Of a stretch of DNA of 64,000 bases, positions 1 to 12,494 are shown in pieces. Where the stretch lies: the NCBI GenBank assembly GCA_965603825.1, contig CBFDEM010000012.1, positions 620,001 to 684,000 on the forward strand, in the 5' to 3' direction. How positions within the stretch are numbered: position 1 is the stretch's first letter; every line of letters begins with the position of its first letter. The stretch comes from Blepharisma stoltei ATCC 30299. Its lineage: Eukaryota > Protista > Ciliophora. The notes beneath the pieces were generated by a model. It saw only the letters and a list, made by a program, of their open reading frames with translations, did not search any database and was not told the origin of the DNA. Both the position numbers and the translations under genes were made by a program.

Positions 1-2
1 TA

Positions 3-1667
3 TGCATGATTGATTTAGCTGGAAGCGAAAGAGGAGCTTCAACTGATAACAAAGGACAAAGAATGGTAGAAGGCGCCATGATAAATAAGTCTTTATTAGC
101 ACTCGGGAACTGTATTAATATTTTGAGCGACGATAAGAAAAAAGGAAGATATGTCCCTTATAGAGATTCTAAACTAACAAGGCTACTTAAAGACTCTTTA
201 GGCGGAAATACCAGGACAACCATGATTGCTTGTATAATCCCTGCCGCATTTGCATATGAAGACACCTATCATACTTTGAAATACGCCCAAAGAGTCAAGC
301 TTATAAGCACAAAGGTAAGTAAAACCATAAAAGAAGTTCAGTATGACTATAAAGATATTATTAATAGCTTAAGATCAGAAATAGAAACTTTGAAAATCCA
401 GCTTAAAAGGCAAGAAGACCAAAACAGCTATCAAGATTTAAGTATTGAAGACGAAAAAGATGAAGAAAAATATAAAAATTTATCAAGATTACTGAGGACG
501 AATTTTGAAGAGCATTGGGAGCTAAAACAAAGCATAAAAGAAATTGAAGCCCTTAATGAGCAGAATAGGACAAGGTTAAAGTATTTGGTAGAAAGAATTG
601 AAGCAGAAAATAATGATAAAGAAATATGTATTTTTGAAGATTTAAAAAATGAGCTACAATTAGTACAAGAAAATATAAGAGAAAACGAGGAAAACAGAAA
701 TGAGCTATTGCAGGCGATGTATGCAAATATGAAACAGAAACAGACGCTTCAAAAAGAAATGGGAAATGTTAAAGACAGCAAAAAACGAGATCTTTTAGAA
801 TTACAAATTGCTGTTAGAACTTTAAAACTAGAAAAATTAGATTTACATATGCAGAATCTAGAGCTGCAAAAAAAAGCTGAAGAGTCTGAAAAAATCAGTG
901 AAGAAAAAGACAAAATTATTCAAGAAATGAAAAAAGAAATAGATAATATGAAACGGCGAATAAAATCGCGACAAAATTCATTGCTACCTCTACAAGAACT
1001 AGAAATGAATGAAGAAAACTTAAAACCTGATAATCTTTATGACAGCTTAGGAGACACAATAAGAGTAATTCCTACAAAATTGTCAAATCCTTCACCTAAG
1101 GTTACAAAATGGAATGAAATCAAAATTTCCCATCTTTCTGAAGCAAGGAATTTAAGAAAATCAGGAAGCAAAAATTTAGAGACAACGTCAAAGGCCACTG
1201 CATTTTTAGAGGAATATAAAACAGTAAAAGATCATGAAGTATATGAAGAAATCAATGATTTGACTAAGGTAAGATCAAGCTCTGTGTTGCCGAAAAATAA
1301 AATTAATTATCAAAATAGTGAAGAGGAGAAAACACCGAGGTATAATGCATTTGGAAAAAATAAAATTTCTACTAAAAAAGGAGCTTTTAGCCTATTGTAT
1401 CCATCAATCCCTCGGTCTATATCTCTTGCAAGATCTAATAGCACAAAAACAAGGAAGCAGCCATATAGCTCACAAAGAGGATATAAGCCTTCTTTAGAAA
1501 GAGCAGTCAGCAGAGAATACTCACCATCACCAAATAAAAATGATGAAAATAATCCTGCAAAGCTGCAGCAAAATATAAGAGATGCGACAAGACAGCTGAT
1601 TCCAAACAAAACGACAAATTTAATCAGAAAACTGGTAAGCTCAAAATTGATCCCAAGAGCGAAATAA
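3..1667 (+). CDS. Kinesin-8-like motor protein (5' part lies outside the window)
   Basis: Motor-domain end DLAGSERG...EGAMINKSLLALGNCINIL...[19 protein letters not shown], then coiled coil and a low-complexity tail. Ends TAA; the frame is open to the window edge. Confidence 0.85.
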   Translation, partial: CMIDLAGSERGASTDNKGQRMVEGAMINKSLLALGNCINILSDDKKKGRYVPYRDSKLTRLLKDSLGGNTRTTMIACIIPAAFAYEDTYHTLKYAQRVKLISTKVSKTIKEVQYDYKDIINSLRSEIETLKIQLKRQEDQNSYQDLSIEDEKDEEKYKNLSRLLRTNFEEHWELKQSIKEIEALNEQNRTRLKYLVERIEAENNDKEICIFEDLKNELQLVQENIRENEENRNELLQAMYANMKQKQTLQKEMGNVKDSKKRDLLELQIAVRTLKLEKLDLHMQNLELQKKAEESEKISEEKDKIIQEMKKEIDNMKRRIKSRQNSLLPLQELEMNEENLKPDNLYDSLGDTIRVIPTKLSNPSPKVTKWNEIKISHLSEARNLRKSGSKNLETTSKATAFLEEYKTVKDHEVYEEINDLTKVRSSSVLPKNKINYQNSEEEKTPRYNAFGKNKISTKKGAFSLLYPSIPRSISLARSNSTKTRKQPYSSQRGYKPSLERAVSREYSPSPNKNDENNPAKLQQNIRDATRQLIPNKTTNLIRKLVSSKLIPRAK

Positions 1668-1926
1668 TTTTTCTAAATAATTGGTGTAGAATATCCAAAT
1701 TCACTTTATACTATATTTATTAAATAATTAAAGACTAAACCTTACGTTTCTACTAAACTCTTGACCTGATAAACAGTAATTTCTATTAAATATAATTAAA
1801 AATAAATCCTTTATTTAATTTCCTGCTAAGTCTATGCATACTAAGGAAGATTATTTTCTTTTCATTAGCCACCAAAAATTCCTAAAATTATTTTAACTTA
1901 TTCCTCCATCCAAAATTTTCTTATAA

Positions 1927-3573
1927 ATGGAGGATCAGAGTATTTCTCTCGTCCAAAAGCAGCTCTCCTCAGCTATCGAACTGCTTCAGTCTTTCCAAAG
2001 CCAAAAAAACCTGAATTCAAAAAATTCCCAATATGAAGCTAAACTAAAACAAATACGACAAGAAGTAATTGATAAAATTAATACCTCACTAGTCGACACA
2101 CAGAGAGAAATGCAGGAACAATTCAAGCAGACACTAGACGAATTTAACTCAGAATTCAATAAAGTCGCAAATGAGCTCATAGAAGCAGAAGAAAATGTGC
2201 TTGACCAAAAGAAAAATTCTCTGCAAACCTGTATTTTATCACAAAAAGTGCACAGGAGAAGATCAAGCCTCTTGATAAAAATGCTGAAAAATGAAGACGT
2301 AAGGACAGTTTATCATATTTTTATAGCAATTATGCTGGTTATGTGTATTGGAGAAATCATTAGAGGGTATATTGAAAATGGCGTCATTTTAGATTTATCA
2401 CTGTTTGCATGGGCTTTTGCGAAGTTTCATTTAGTAATTATAGGATGGCTTTTAGAAGTAGCTTGGTGCTTATTAGTAATTCCTTTGGTGCAACTTATAC
2501 ATAAAAATTATCTGCCAAAGCTTGTGTGGATTACAATTTATGTATTTTTGCAGTTAATAATGTATATCGGGCCTTGTTATTGGACTTTACATTTCAGCCT
2601 TCCTATGGCCAGTGGATTCGTTATTACTTGTGAAATGGCCCGTATGTCAATGACGATGCATTCCTATTTACGAGAAAAACTACTATTTGGAAATGGCCCT
2701 AACGAATATGCAACTTTTATTCCTGCAAAGTTTGCTAAAAGAGGCATTACAGTCGAAAACTTAACTATCCCTACAATTACTATAGAAGACCCATTTACTG
2801 AGCTTAAAAGATTTCTTTTCTTCTTTTTCTCCCCTACACTAATATACAGAGATACTTATCCTAGGATAACTCCACACAGAAGATGGTGGAATATTACTTA
2901 TAATCTCCTCAATGTCTGTGGGACAATGTTTTATGTTTACTTACTCTTGCATACCATCTGCATTCCTTATTTACAAGAATCATGAAATAAGCCATGGGAA
3001 ATTAAATTTATGCTGACTTCTTGATTCCAAATTATGCTTCCTGGAACTATGCTTTTAGTGCTTATGTTTTTTGGAATTTTACATAGTTGGCAAAACTTGT
3101 GGGCAGAAATAATGAGATTTGGGGATAGGGAATTTTATACTGACTGGTGGAATGTGACGAGTTTCCATGCTTATTATAGGACTTGGAATAATGTTGTACA
3201 TGATTGGCTGTTTCATTATTTTTACCAAGATATTTATAGGTTTTCAAAAGGGAAAATTTCTCAGCTAGTGGGATTTGTAGGAGTTTTTGTGTTTTCTGCA
3301 GTTATTCATGAAGTTATAATAGCGGTATCTATGGGATTTTTTTATCCAATTTTATTTATTTTGTTTGGAGGACCTGGTGTTATTTATACATTTTTTTCAA
3401 GGCAAGAGAAAAGGTTTTTGAATGTTTTTGTATGGTCAATGTTCCTTATAGGTGATGGGCTGGTGATCATGCTTTATAGCTGGGAATATTTTGCAAGGCA
3501 AAAACTTGATCTCCATCAAGACTATGGGTTTATGGCTGGACTTATTCCTCACTCTTGGGTTGGAAATTATTAA
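1927..3573 (+). CDS. Sterol O-acyltransferase (ACAT/SOAT, MBOAT family), 548 aa
   Basis: ORFs 1927..2985 and 3034..3573 are one frame, joined through TGA at 2983 and 3022. Motifs FFFSPTLIYRDTYP, HSWQNLWAE, FYTDWWN, WNNVVHDWL and SAVIHE (catalytic His). Confidence 0.9.
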
Positions 3574-3785
3574 TAATTAGCCTTAAATAGATTTTTAATA
3601 ATTCTTAAGAAATTGGCGAGGCTTCTGATAAAAAGTGCTATCATTTTTAAATGCTTGAAGTCAGCAAGACAATATCATAAATTAATTAATTAGTGGACCT
3701 AATAAATCTTACAGCTTTAAATTTACCTTTTACAAGTTAAAACAAATATAAATCAAAATAGGTATTACGACTGATATTTTTGTTA

Positions 3786-4151
3786 CTAAACATTGAAGCT
3801 TTCTCCACACCCACATTTGCTTTTTGCATTAGGGTTTTCAAATGTGAATTCTTCTCTTGTCGTTGTGTTTATGTAGTCCATAGTTGTGCCAAGAATAAAC
3901 ATAACAGCCCTTGCATCAATAATTACTTTAATCCCGTCAATTTCAACCATTTCGTCTAATTTGTTTTTTTGCTTAGCATATTCCATTGTATAGCTCATTC
4001 CATTGCATCCTCTCTTTTTGACTCCTATTTTGAGCCCAATAACGTCTTTTGGCTGTTTTTCCATTAGTTCTTTGAGCTTACTGGTAGCCTGAGATGTGAT
4101 TGATAACAGATTAGCTTTGGCAGAAAAATTCCGAGAAATCAGTCTTAGCAT
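3786..4151 (-). CDS. ISCA1: Mitochondrial iron-sulfur cluster assembly protein IscA
   Basis: RGCNGMSY and NPNAKSKCGCGESF motifs; Arg-rich transit-like N-terminus. Confidence 0.93.
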   Translation of the reverse strand: MLRLISRNFSAKANLLSITSQATSKLKELMEKQPKDVIGLKIGVKKRGCNGMSYTMEYAKQKNKLDEMVEIDGIKVIIDARAVMFILGTTMDYINTTTREEFTFENPNAKSKCGCGESFNV

Positions 4152-4553
4152 CTTTATTAATATTGCATATTTTTCCTGTTATTTTAGACTTAAAGTGTAT
4201 TACCAATATATAAAGAAATTGCATTTTTATTGATATTAATTTAAGCTTAAATCAGCTTTTATAGCTATTAGCAATGATAAATCTTTTTGTGAAGCAAAAA
4301 TCTTTGTCTGAGCATTCAAGAAAGCAAATTTGAATTTTTAATTATTTTTCGTAATTATTTCATCGACTCTATTAATTTAATACTATACATTATTTATGTA
4401 ACATATTTATTACCGTATTTTTAAATTCTCTACAAAATTTACCACTTCAGCCAAAAATTCCAGAAGACTCTTTTCAAATTTGAAAAAATTTGGCTTAAAG
4501 GTTTATTTTTGATCAAAATCACAAATTTCATAAAAATTAATTTTCTTACATTA

Positions 4554-6083
4554 ATGGGCTGTATAGCTTGCAAATCGAACCCCAAAAACAAAATTCAGTC
4601 AAACCTAGATTTGAGTACAGATCAAGACCGCATCTCATCACACCGCATCATAAAAATCAAAACCAAAGACCAGCTGTCATTTAACCCCTCCCTGTTTGTA
4701 GGCCTTCGTAAAGGGAATATTGAAGATAACTATATCTTCGAAAAAACAATACATACAGGGTCATATGGACTCGTAAGGCTTGCCTTAAACAAAATTACAA
4801 GCCTAAAAAGGGCAATAAAAACAATCTCTAAAGAACATATAGGCAAGGATATGAAATTACATGCGCAATTTTACTCTGAAATCGATATATTAAAACAGAC
4901 AGATCACCCAAATATCATAAAATTGTATGAATTTTATGAGGATGCAATGTATTATCATTTAGTGACTGAATATATTCCTGGAGGGGAGCTTTTTGACTAT
5001 ATAATTAAAAGCAAAATGCTTTCGGAGCCAATAGCTGCTCAATTTATGAGACAGCTGCTAAGTGCAGTGGCTTATTGCCATTTAAATAATATTGTTCATA
5101 GAGATTTAAAACCAGAAAATTTGCTTATAGATGCACAGTCACAAGAAGCGACCCTTAAAGTCATTGATTTTGGGCTATCTGCATTTTATGACTCAAAAGT
5201 CAACATGACTAAGCAGTATGGGACAAGTTATTATGTGGCGCCAGAGGTGCTGCGAAGAAATTATAATGAAAAATGTGACATTTGAAGCTGCGGAGTAATT
5301 TTGTATATATTGCTGAGTGGTAGACCTCCATTTAATGGAAATAGCAGCCCAGAAATTGTTAGAAGAGTCCAAAAAGGAGAATTCTCATTTGAAGGCCCAA
5401 GTTGGGACGGGGTGACTCCAATGGCCAAAAAGTTAATAAAAAGGATGCTTGATTATGACCCAAATACAAGAATTTCAGCTAATGAAGCTTTAACAGATGA
5501 GTGAATAATATATAATGCATCTTATATTACAAGAGACGAAAATCTCACCCAAATTTCTTTGTGAAATTTAAAAACTTTTAGGGTTGAACAGAAATTGCAA
5601 AGAGCTGTCCTAACTTATATTGCATCACAAATAAGCAATAAAGAAGAAATAAAGCAGCTCGGCGAAGCTTTTCGAGATATGGACACAAATGGAGATGGCA
5701 AATTAAGCAAAGAAGAAGTTCTTGAAGCATTTTATACTTTAGGCGGAAATGGATTCAGCCAAAAAGACATTGAAGATATTATAAGACAAGTTGATGTAAA
5801 TAATTCTGGATATATTGACTATACAGAATTCATTATGGCTACTGCAAGAAAAGAAAGTCTATTGTGTATAGAAAACCTAGACTCGGCCTTTAAAGCATTT
5901 GATGAAGATGGAAGTGGCAAAATCAGCGCAATTGAGCTGAAAAATGTGTTTGGAAAGGAGCTGATTGCTACAGATGAAGTCTGGAAAGAAATGATTAACG
6001 AAGTCGATGAGAATGGAGACGGAGAAATAGACTTGACTGAATTTAGAGCTATGATGACACACATTTTTGATAATAGAAATTAA
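4554..6083 (+). CDS. Calcium-dependent protein kinase (CDPK), 509 aa
   Basis: ATG at 4554 (MGCIAC, N-acylation-type start). Kinase motifs HRDLKPEN, DFG, APE. TGA at 5283 (DI-W-SCGVILY), 5502 and 5562 read through. Four EF hands. Confidence 0.93.
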
Positions 6084-6105
6084 TAAATTGCACCATAATT
6101 TAATA

Positions 6106-7149
6106 ATGCAAGGAAAAATACTTGTTTTTGTGGGTCTTTTAGCAACCCTTGCATATGGAGAATTATCAGCAACAGGATGTGAAATGTTTAACTGCAAGCT
6201 CCCATCTCAAAAATTTGGCTCTAATACATGTGTTTATTTCAACCAAAAAACGAATACTTATTATGTTCAACCATGTTCTGGAGACAATTATTGTCCAGCC
6301 CTCCACAACTCTAATAGCACTTGCCAAGCCGAACAAAATTTCACAGCCCAAGGATGGCCTGGGGAGAAGTGTACAACGGCTTCAGATTGCAATGCTTATG
6401 CTTATAAAGGCTGTGTTGGTGGAATCTGCACAGGAGCTGCTAAAGGGGGTGGCTGCCAAGACAGTAACTCATGCAACCCAGGACTTTATTGTTCCAAGCG
6501 CTTTTGTGTTTCTCAGCTTCAAGTAGGCCAATCAGGCTGTAACTCTGATTTTGATTGTGTTAATGGAGCTGGATGCAATTTCACAGGAAATGCAGCCACA
6601 AGTACTTGTGTTGCATATTTAAGCATTCAGCCTCATGCTCCTGTTGCTCAATGCCAAATAAACCAAAATAGGCTATGCTCATCATTGACTTGTGCTCAGC
6701 TGAATGGTGCAAATTACTGCACAAATCCATTGAAATCTTATGCTTTTATTCCAATGGCATGTGATGACAACTCAGAGTGTACCTCTAGCAATGATCCATT
6801 CTTTGGGAATAATTTTGATTTAAGCTCATCTTGTGATTGTGCTTTAAATCCAAACGGAAATAGATATTGTGGTTTATTCCCTGGGGATGCACCTGGACAA
6901 TCATATCTTAGCCAGCTTGCCTTATGGTACCAAAGCAATGAAATGAATAATTGCAATACCTTTAGAAGACATAGTGATGGGTGCATGAATAGCTGGTGGG
7001 ATGCTAAGGATATGGCATTTTATAATTATTACAACCTGAATTATAAAATGTACGCATTTGTGCAAAACATGCCAGATTGTGTTGCTCAAGTGTACCTACC
7101 TGAGTATTATTATGCGAAGCAGCAATACCAACAATATCAAAACCAATAA
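6106..7149 (+). CDS. Secreted cysteine-rich protein, 347 aa
   Basis: Signal peptide MQGKILVFVGLLATLAYG, repeated C-x-x-x-x-x-C modules, no TM anchor. ATG 6106 is preferred over the ORF-track TTG start, which overlaps the upstream gene. Confidence 0.8.
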   Translation: MQGKILVFVGLLATLAYGELSATGCEMFNCKLPSQKFGSNTCVYFNQKTNTYYVQPCSGDNYCPALHNSNSTCQAEQNFTAQGWPGEKCTTASDCNAYAYKGCVGGICTGAAKGGGCQDSNSCNPGLYCSKRFCVSQLQVGQSGCNSDFDCVNGAGCNFTGNAATSTCVAYLSIQPHAPVAQCQINQNRLCSSLTCAQLNGANYCTNPLKSYAFIPMACDDNSECTSSNDPFFGNNFDLSSSCDCALNPNGNRYCGLFPGDAPGQSYLSQLALWYQSNEMNNCNTFRRHSDGCMNSWWDAKDMAFYNYYNLNYKMYAFVQNMPDCVAQVYLPEYYYAKQQYQQYQNQ

Positions 7150-7253
7150 GATAATTTATCTAAATTTTAAAATAAATAGTGTAAGTTATATTAAAAGCTA
7201 ATTGATTAATAAATTTCTATAAAACTTAAGAGAAATAACCCTTTCTTTAATAA

Positions 7254-8087
7254 ATGGAAAGCAAAAAATCGACTGATGTGATTGATGAAGACTATTTTAA
7301 TTTAGCTTTAAAAGTATTAGAAAGCTTAGATGAATTCGGAAACTCTGTAATTCAAATGAACGTGAAACAAGATCTAAATGAACAACTAAGTGAAATAATT
7401 CATTATCTAAAACAGGTTTTTGGAGATCCGCTAAATAGCAGCCTTATTGAAAGATTTAAATATGCTCTTCAAAGCGAATATGAACAGTTTGGAGAGTTTG
7501 GGGATACAAAAGAACTTATTTATTGCATAATCAGCTTAGTTCATGAGTGCTGTCAAATTTGCTTTGAAGATAGTGGTCCTGATCTATGCCCTTCTCATCA
7601 ATACTTTTCATATTCTTTTATTAAGGAAAAATCAGAAACAGAAGGCTACTATCATTTCGGAATAGTAATTGATACCCCTGAGATGAAAAAAGGCATTTCA
7701 CCCGGTGAGTCAAAATACATATATAAAAACAAAGAAAAAAATACAGAGACAGACTATCAGATCCCAAAATTCAATAGATTTCTCCTATGCAGCCTTGATT
7801 ATGAAGAAAGTAAAGAAGAATCATTGCAAAAAGAGAAGGGAATTAGCTTTTATGCCAGCAATTACCATATGGATATTAATGAAAGCAGCGAGTACTTACC
7901 AAAATGGCTTATCTTATGAAATGAGAGGAAATATCTGTTATATGAGCATAATCCTGAGCATGAGCTGAATCAAGAAGAGTATATTACTTTTTCTAATTTG
8001 TGATGCCTAAAGTTAATTGTCTATGAAAGAGTTCCGAAACGCAAAGATGAGACCCAAGATCATAGTCGAACTATTTATGACGATTAA
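7254..8087 (+). CDS. Hypothetical protein, possibly a degenerate USP/peptidase C19-like fold, 277 aa
   Basis: Extends through two TGA codons to TAA at 8085. DTKELIYCIISLVHE...CPSHQYF and terminal KLIVYER are reminiscent of USP53/54-like proteins; no catalytic Cys box seen. Confidence 0.55.
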
Positions 8088-8165
8088 TTTATATAAAGTC
8101 GATAAATCAGAGCTTCTTGAGTAATTCAGGATTCTATAATAAATTATTGTTAATCTTTTTATAAT

Positions 8166-9212
8166 ATGGAATCAGAAGAGATTTTACATCTAAGTTTTAA
8201 CCAAGACAGAACTTTGCTGACTTTAGGATCAAGAACAGGGTTTAAAGTATTTAAAGTATATCCTCTTGAGCTTATCCACCAAGAAGACAATGGAAATTTC
8301 AAGATTGTTGAAATGTACGAAAGCTCCCTATTAGTCTCTTTAGTCGGTGCAGGCGAGCAGCCTGCTTTTTCTCCAAGACGGCTCACCATTTGAAACATCG
8401 CCGAGCACACCCCTATCTGTGAGACCTCATTCCCCGACTCTTTATTATCTGTAAAAATGAATAGAATTAGAATAGTGGCTGTCATCTCAGACGCAATCTA
8501 TATTTATGACACTACAACAATGAAAACACAAAACACAATCAGGACTGTCGAAAACCCTAAAGGTCTGGCTGCTTTATCCCCAACCCATTCAGCTTGCTGA
8601 TTACTATACCCTTCAAGTGTAGAGAAAGGAAATTTGCAAGTTTATGACTGCTTTAATATGCAGCTAAGAACAGAAATAGAAGCCCACACGTCAAAATTGG
8701 CATATATTGCTATTTCTTATCAAGGAAACCTATGTGCGACAGCTTCTGAAAAAGGGACTGTCATTAGGGTGTTTTCGTTGCCTGAAGGGAATAAGTTATT
8801 TACTTTTAAAAGAGGATTGATGGCGGCCATTACGTATTCTATAAACTTTTCTATGGATGCTGAATTGCTATTGTCCTGCAGCGATACAGGGACAATACAT
8901 GTGTATAATATTAATAGAAATGAAGTGAGGGAAAGCAATAACTGGGGAGATGCTATAAGAAATTCCTTATTTTCAGCAGCTAGTTATATTGTGCCAGGGT
9001 CTTATAAGGACTCTTTTGAGACATCAAGGTCATATATAGTGGCCAGAACTAATTTCAAGATCCCTTATATTGCGACGCTGATCCCAAATACAAATATGCT
9101 ATTAGCAGTGAACTATTCTGGACACTATATAATGTTCAGCGTTGATTATGTGAATGGAGGAGATGGAATCGTGCATCAAGAAGGCTCATTAAGCAGAATC
9201 AGAATGTCTTAA
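8166..9212 (+). CDS. ATG18: PROPPIN / WIPI-Atg18 beta-propeller, 348 aa
   Basis: SFNQD, FSPRRLTI-W(TGA 8391), AHTSKL, ATASEKGTVIRVF, F-K-R-G lipid motif, SDTGTIHVY. Second TGA at 8598. Confidence 0.9.
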
Positions 9213-9297
9213 TACATATCATATTATTATTGTAATGCTAATTATTTCAATTAATTTATTTTATTAAATTTCACATAAGTTCTTAATAAATCTCAAA

Positions 9298-10224
9298 ATG
9301 GACTTTCAAAGAATCATGCAGCAGCAATTCAACATGAGGAACCAAAACCTTGGCGACGTCCCTATGGTAGATACAGCTGAACAAATCTATATTTCCTCTC
9401 TTGCCCTCCTGAAAATGCTCAAACATGGCCGAGCAGGTGTCCCATTAGAAGTCATGGGTCTTTTATTAGGTGAATTAGTTGACGAATATACAGTCCGCGT
9501 AGTCGACGTTTTTGCAATGCCTCAGTCAGGAACTGGAGTTAGCGTCGAATCAATAGACGAAGCTTTCCAAATCAACATGACTGAGATGCTTAAACAAACA
9601 GGGCGGTCAGAAATGGTTGTCGGATGGTATCATTCCCACCCTGGCTTTGGCTGCTGGCTTTCAGGAGTTGATATGAATACCCAACAGAGCTTTGAACAGC
9701 AGCTGGCCAGAGCTGTAGCTGTCGTCATTGACCCTATACAAAGTGTCAGAGGAAAAGTGGTGATTGATGCTTTTAGATTGATAAATCCTCAGCTGTCTAT
9801 GAGAGGGATGGAGCCAAGGCAGACAACTTCTAATATTGGGCACGTCGCCAAGCCTTCGATTAGTGCACTTTTGCATGGGCTGAATAGGCACTATTACTCT
9901 ATTACGATTAATTATAGGAAAAATGAGCTAGAACAGTCAATGCTTTTGAATTTACAGAAACAAAAATGGGTGCAGAAGCTGAAAGTGGAAGATTTCATGA
10001 AGAGGGAAGAGGAAAATTTGAAAATCATTGAAGAAATGGTCACTTTGGCAGAAACTTATAATAAGTGGATTCAAGAAGAAATGAAGAAGACTAAACAAGA
10101 AATGGTGGTGAGTACTGTAGGGAAGCTTGACCCAAAGAAAAGGCTAGAACATGATGTAGATCAGCTGATGACCAATAATATTCTGCACTCACTTTCATCG
10201 ATGATCGACACAGTAATCTTCTAA
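9298..10224 (+). CDS. RPN11: 26S proteasome lid deubiquitinase Rpn11
   Basis: [24 protein letters not shown] and the JAMM motif [17 protein letters not shown]. Confidence 0.97.
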   Translation: MDFQRIMQQQFNMRNQNLGDVPMVDTAEQIYISSLALLKMLKHGRAGVPLEVMGLLLGELVDEYTVRVVDVFAMPQSGTGVSVESIDEAFQINMTEMLKQTGRSEMVVGWYHSHPGFGCWLSGVDMNTQQSFEQQLARAVAVVIDPIQSVRGKVVIDAFRLINPQLSMRGMEPRQTTSNIGHVAKPSISALLHGLNRHYYSITINYRKNELEQSMLLNLQKQKWVQKLKVEDFMKREEENLKIIEEMVTLAETYNKWIQEEMKKTKQEMVVSTVGKLDPKKRLEHDVDQLMTNNILHSLSSMIDTVIF

Positions 10225-10329
10225 ATAAGATTATTAGAAAAATAAATTCAAAAAGCATAGAGAAAATGCAAAAAAAGCCTTATTATTAAGAATTTAATTT
10301 AATTTTCTTATTAGTCGTTTTATACAAAA

Positions 10330-11361
10330 ATGCTGTTTTTCCTTTTATGCTCATCTATAGCGACAGCTAGCTACCTGTAAGGTTTATATAGTGATGAGTG
10401 TTTGTCAGTTCCTTATACCATTTGCTTAGATAATGGCTCATATGTGCTGGGCGACCTAGCAGAACCTGACTCACTTGTAGGCTGGTGGACTTTTGACGAC
10501 AAATTTGGTCATGACTATTCATCAAGCACCAATCCTTTATCTGAGCCTGCGCAAGCAGGCCCTGGAATGCGTAAGATCTAAGTAGTGGGCAAAGGCCATT
10601 CTTTGTATTTCGACGGGACAAATCAAGCAGTCATTCCTCACTCATCTTACTACGAAGTCGACCAATTTACACTTAGCATGTGGATTTATTTATTAGAAGA
10701 TTCTACAGGAGCTTGGAGACTAGTCTTACAAAAAGGTCAAAATCCTCAAGAACTGACACCAACCCTTATGTTTTGGCCTCGTGAGCGTCGTTTACACGTA
10801 AGAGTGTCAACTGAATACTATTGGAATGAAGGACTTGACTCAACTGGCCTTATAAATTTACGCAGATGGAGCCACATTGCAGTTACTGCTAGCGGCCAAT
10901 TGTTACAATTCTACTTAAACAGTTATTTAGATCGCCAAGTTATATTAAACGCTCTTGTAAAGAACAACCAAGGAGACATATACCTCGGAAAAACTGATTG
11001 GCATCAAGGATTTAATGGCTTTATTGATGATTTAAGACTATATTCATCAACCCTTCATGAGCAAGATTTAACTGCATTAGCAGCTCCTGCAATTCCATTA
11101 GCTGCCTCTTTAGGAGTTATGCTAAGCTGTCAGCTTTGTAACTACCATGATGCTGAGGCAGGATGCTTAGACAACTGGCACATGTGCTCTTTAGAAGAAT
11201 TATATGCAGGCCCTTATGAAATGGCAAGAGCAATGGGCTGGTTCAGATTTACAGCTGAAATTTGGACAAGGAACACAGAAGACCAGACCACAACTTCGTC
11301 TGATGAAATGCAAGATCCTGATCTGTTTAAGGTAGGAATATGCTGTAAAGATTACGAATAA
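10330..11361 (+). CDS. Secreted LamG/concanavalin-A-like domain protein; 3 exons, 333 aa
   Basis: ATG 10330 with signal peptide. Removing 15-nt introns 10377-10391 and 10571-10585 gives one frame with LVGWWTFDD, SLYFDG, FTLSMWI, WSHIAVT, FNGFIDDLRLY and a Cys-rich tail. Confidence 0.85.
10377..10391 (+). other. 15-nt spliceosomal intron
   Basis: gtaaggtttatatag; removes an in-frame TAA; A at position 10. Confidence 0.85.
10571..10585 (+). other. 15-nt spliceosomal intron
   Basis: gtaagatctaagtag; removes an in-frame TAA; A at position 10. Confidence 0.88.
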
Positions 11362-11429
11362 CTTGATTAAGCTTCATAATTTTCTTATTTCTGCATTATT
11401 TTTATTGCAAATTTTAATTGTTATAATAA

Positions 11430-12458
11430 ATGTTTTTAAAACAGCTGAAGCAATTTGATTTTTACAGAAAAGTTGCTGGCGATTATCAAGAACAAACAGT
11501 TTTAGGAGGAATTTTATCTGGAATTACCTTTACAGTGATGTTCATCCTTTTCATCTCTGAATCTTACTGCTATTTTTTGGCCCCTTATGAGTCTTCACTA
11601 ATTGTGGAGGGATATCAAGCTTCTGACCGAATGAGAATCGATGTCAATATTTCTTTGTATCATATTCCTTGCCAAATAGTATCTGCCCATTATAGCAATG
11701 CAGGAGGCTTGCATTTTGATGCAGGAACTCTTAGAAGAGTAAGGATTACACCTAAAGGAGAGTTATTATGGGACAGAGAAGCCCAATCTATTACTCTTAA
11801 AGAACAAGAACGCAAAAAATCAGTAAGCTGTGGAAGCTGCTATGGGGCTGAATTATATGCTGAACAATGCTGCAATACCTGTGATGAAGTCTTAGAAGCA
11901 TATACAAAAAGGAAATGGAGCCCTCCTCAGCAGCATTTAATAGAACAGTGCAAAAGAAGGCTTCATTTAGATGATGAAAGACCTACAAAGCCAGAAGGCT
12001 GCATGATATTTGGGCATTTATTAATGAAAAGGATCCCTGGGAACTTCCATTTTACGATAAATCAGGTTGGCCAAATGATGATGGCTACTGGGACTTTGGA
12101 TATTGATGGATCTCATAAGGTGAACCATATACAATTTACTGACCCTGAGTACTCTCCAAAATTAATAGATGGGCCATTGGACGGGTATTTCTCTGATAGA
12201 ACTTATGTGACACAATATTACTTAAAAGTTGTGCCTGCAATTTTACCATATGGCGCAAGATATTATGAGTCTTCTGGGCACCAAAATGTAGTTCCAGGAG
12301 TTCATCCTCCAGAGATATCTTTTTCTTATGATGTGGACCCGATTACTACTCAATATTCAAACCCAAAGTCTTTTTCGGAGTACATAGTAAGTTTGTGTGC
12401 ACTGATAGGAGGGTGGTATGCAATAACCTTATTGATTTCAAGAATCTTAATAAAATAA
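11430..12458 (+). CDS. ER-Golgi intermediate compartment protein (ERGIC3/Erv46 family)
   Basis: LKQFDFYRK start, two TMs, CGSCYGAE, CCNTCDEV, EGCMIFG, GNFHF, LCALIGG. Confidence 0.92.
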   Translation: MFLKQLKQFDFYRKVAGDYQEQTVLGGILSGITFTVMFILFISESYCYFLAPYESSLIVEGYQASDRMRIDVNISLYHIPCQIVSAHYSNAGGLHFDAGTLRRVRITPKGELLWDREAQSITLKEQERKKSVSCGSCYGAELYAEQCCNTCDEVLEAYTKRKWSPPQQHLIEQCKRRLHLDDERPTKPEGCMIFGHLLMKRIPGNFHFTINQVGQMMMATGTLDIDGSHKVNHIQFTDPEYSPKLIDGPLDGYFSDRTYVTQYYLKVVPAILPYGARYYESSGHQNVVPGVHPPEISFSYDVDPITTQYSNPKSFSEYIVSLCALIGGWYAITLLISRILIK

Positions 12459-12494
12459 CACATTAATAGGAATTTTATTTATTACAAATTAAAA

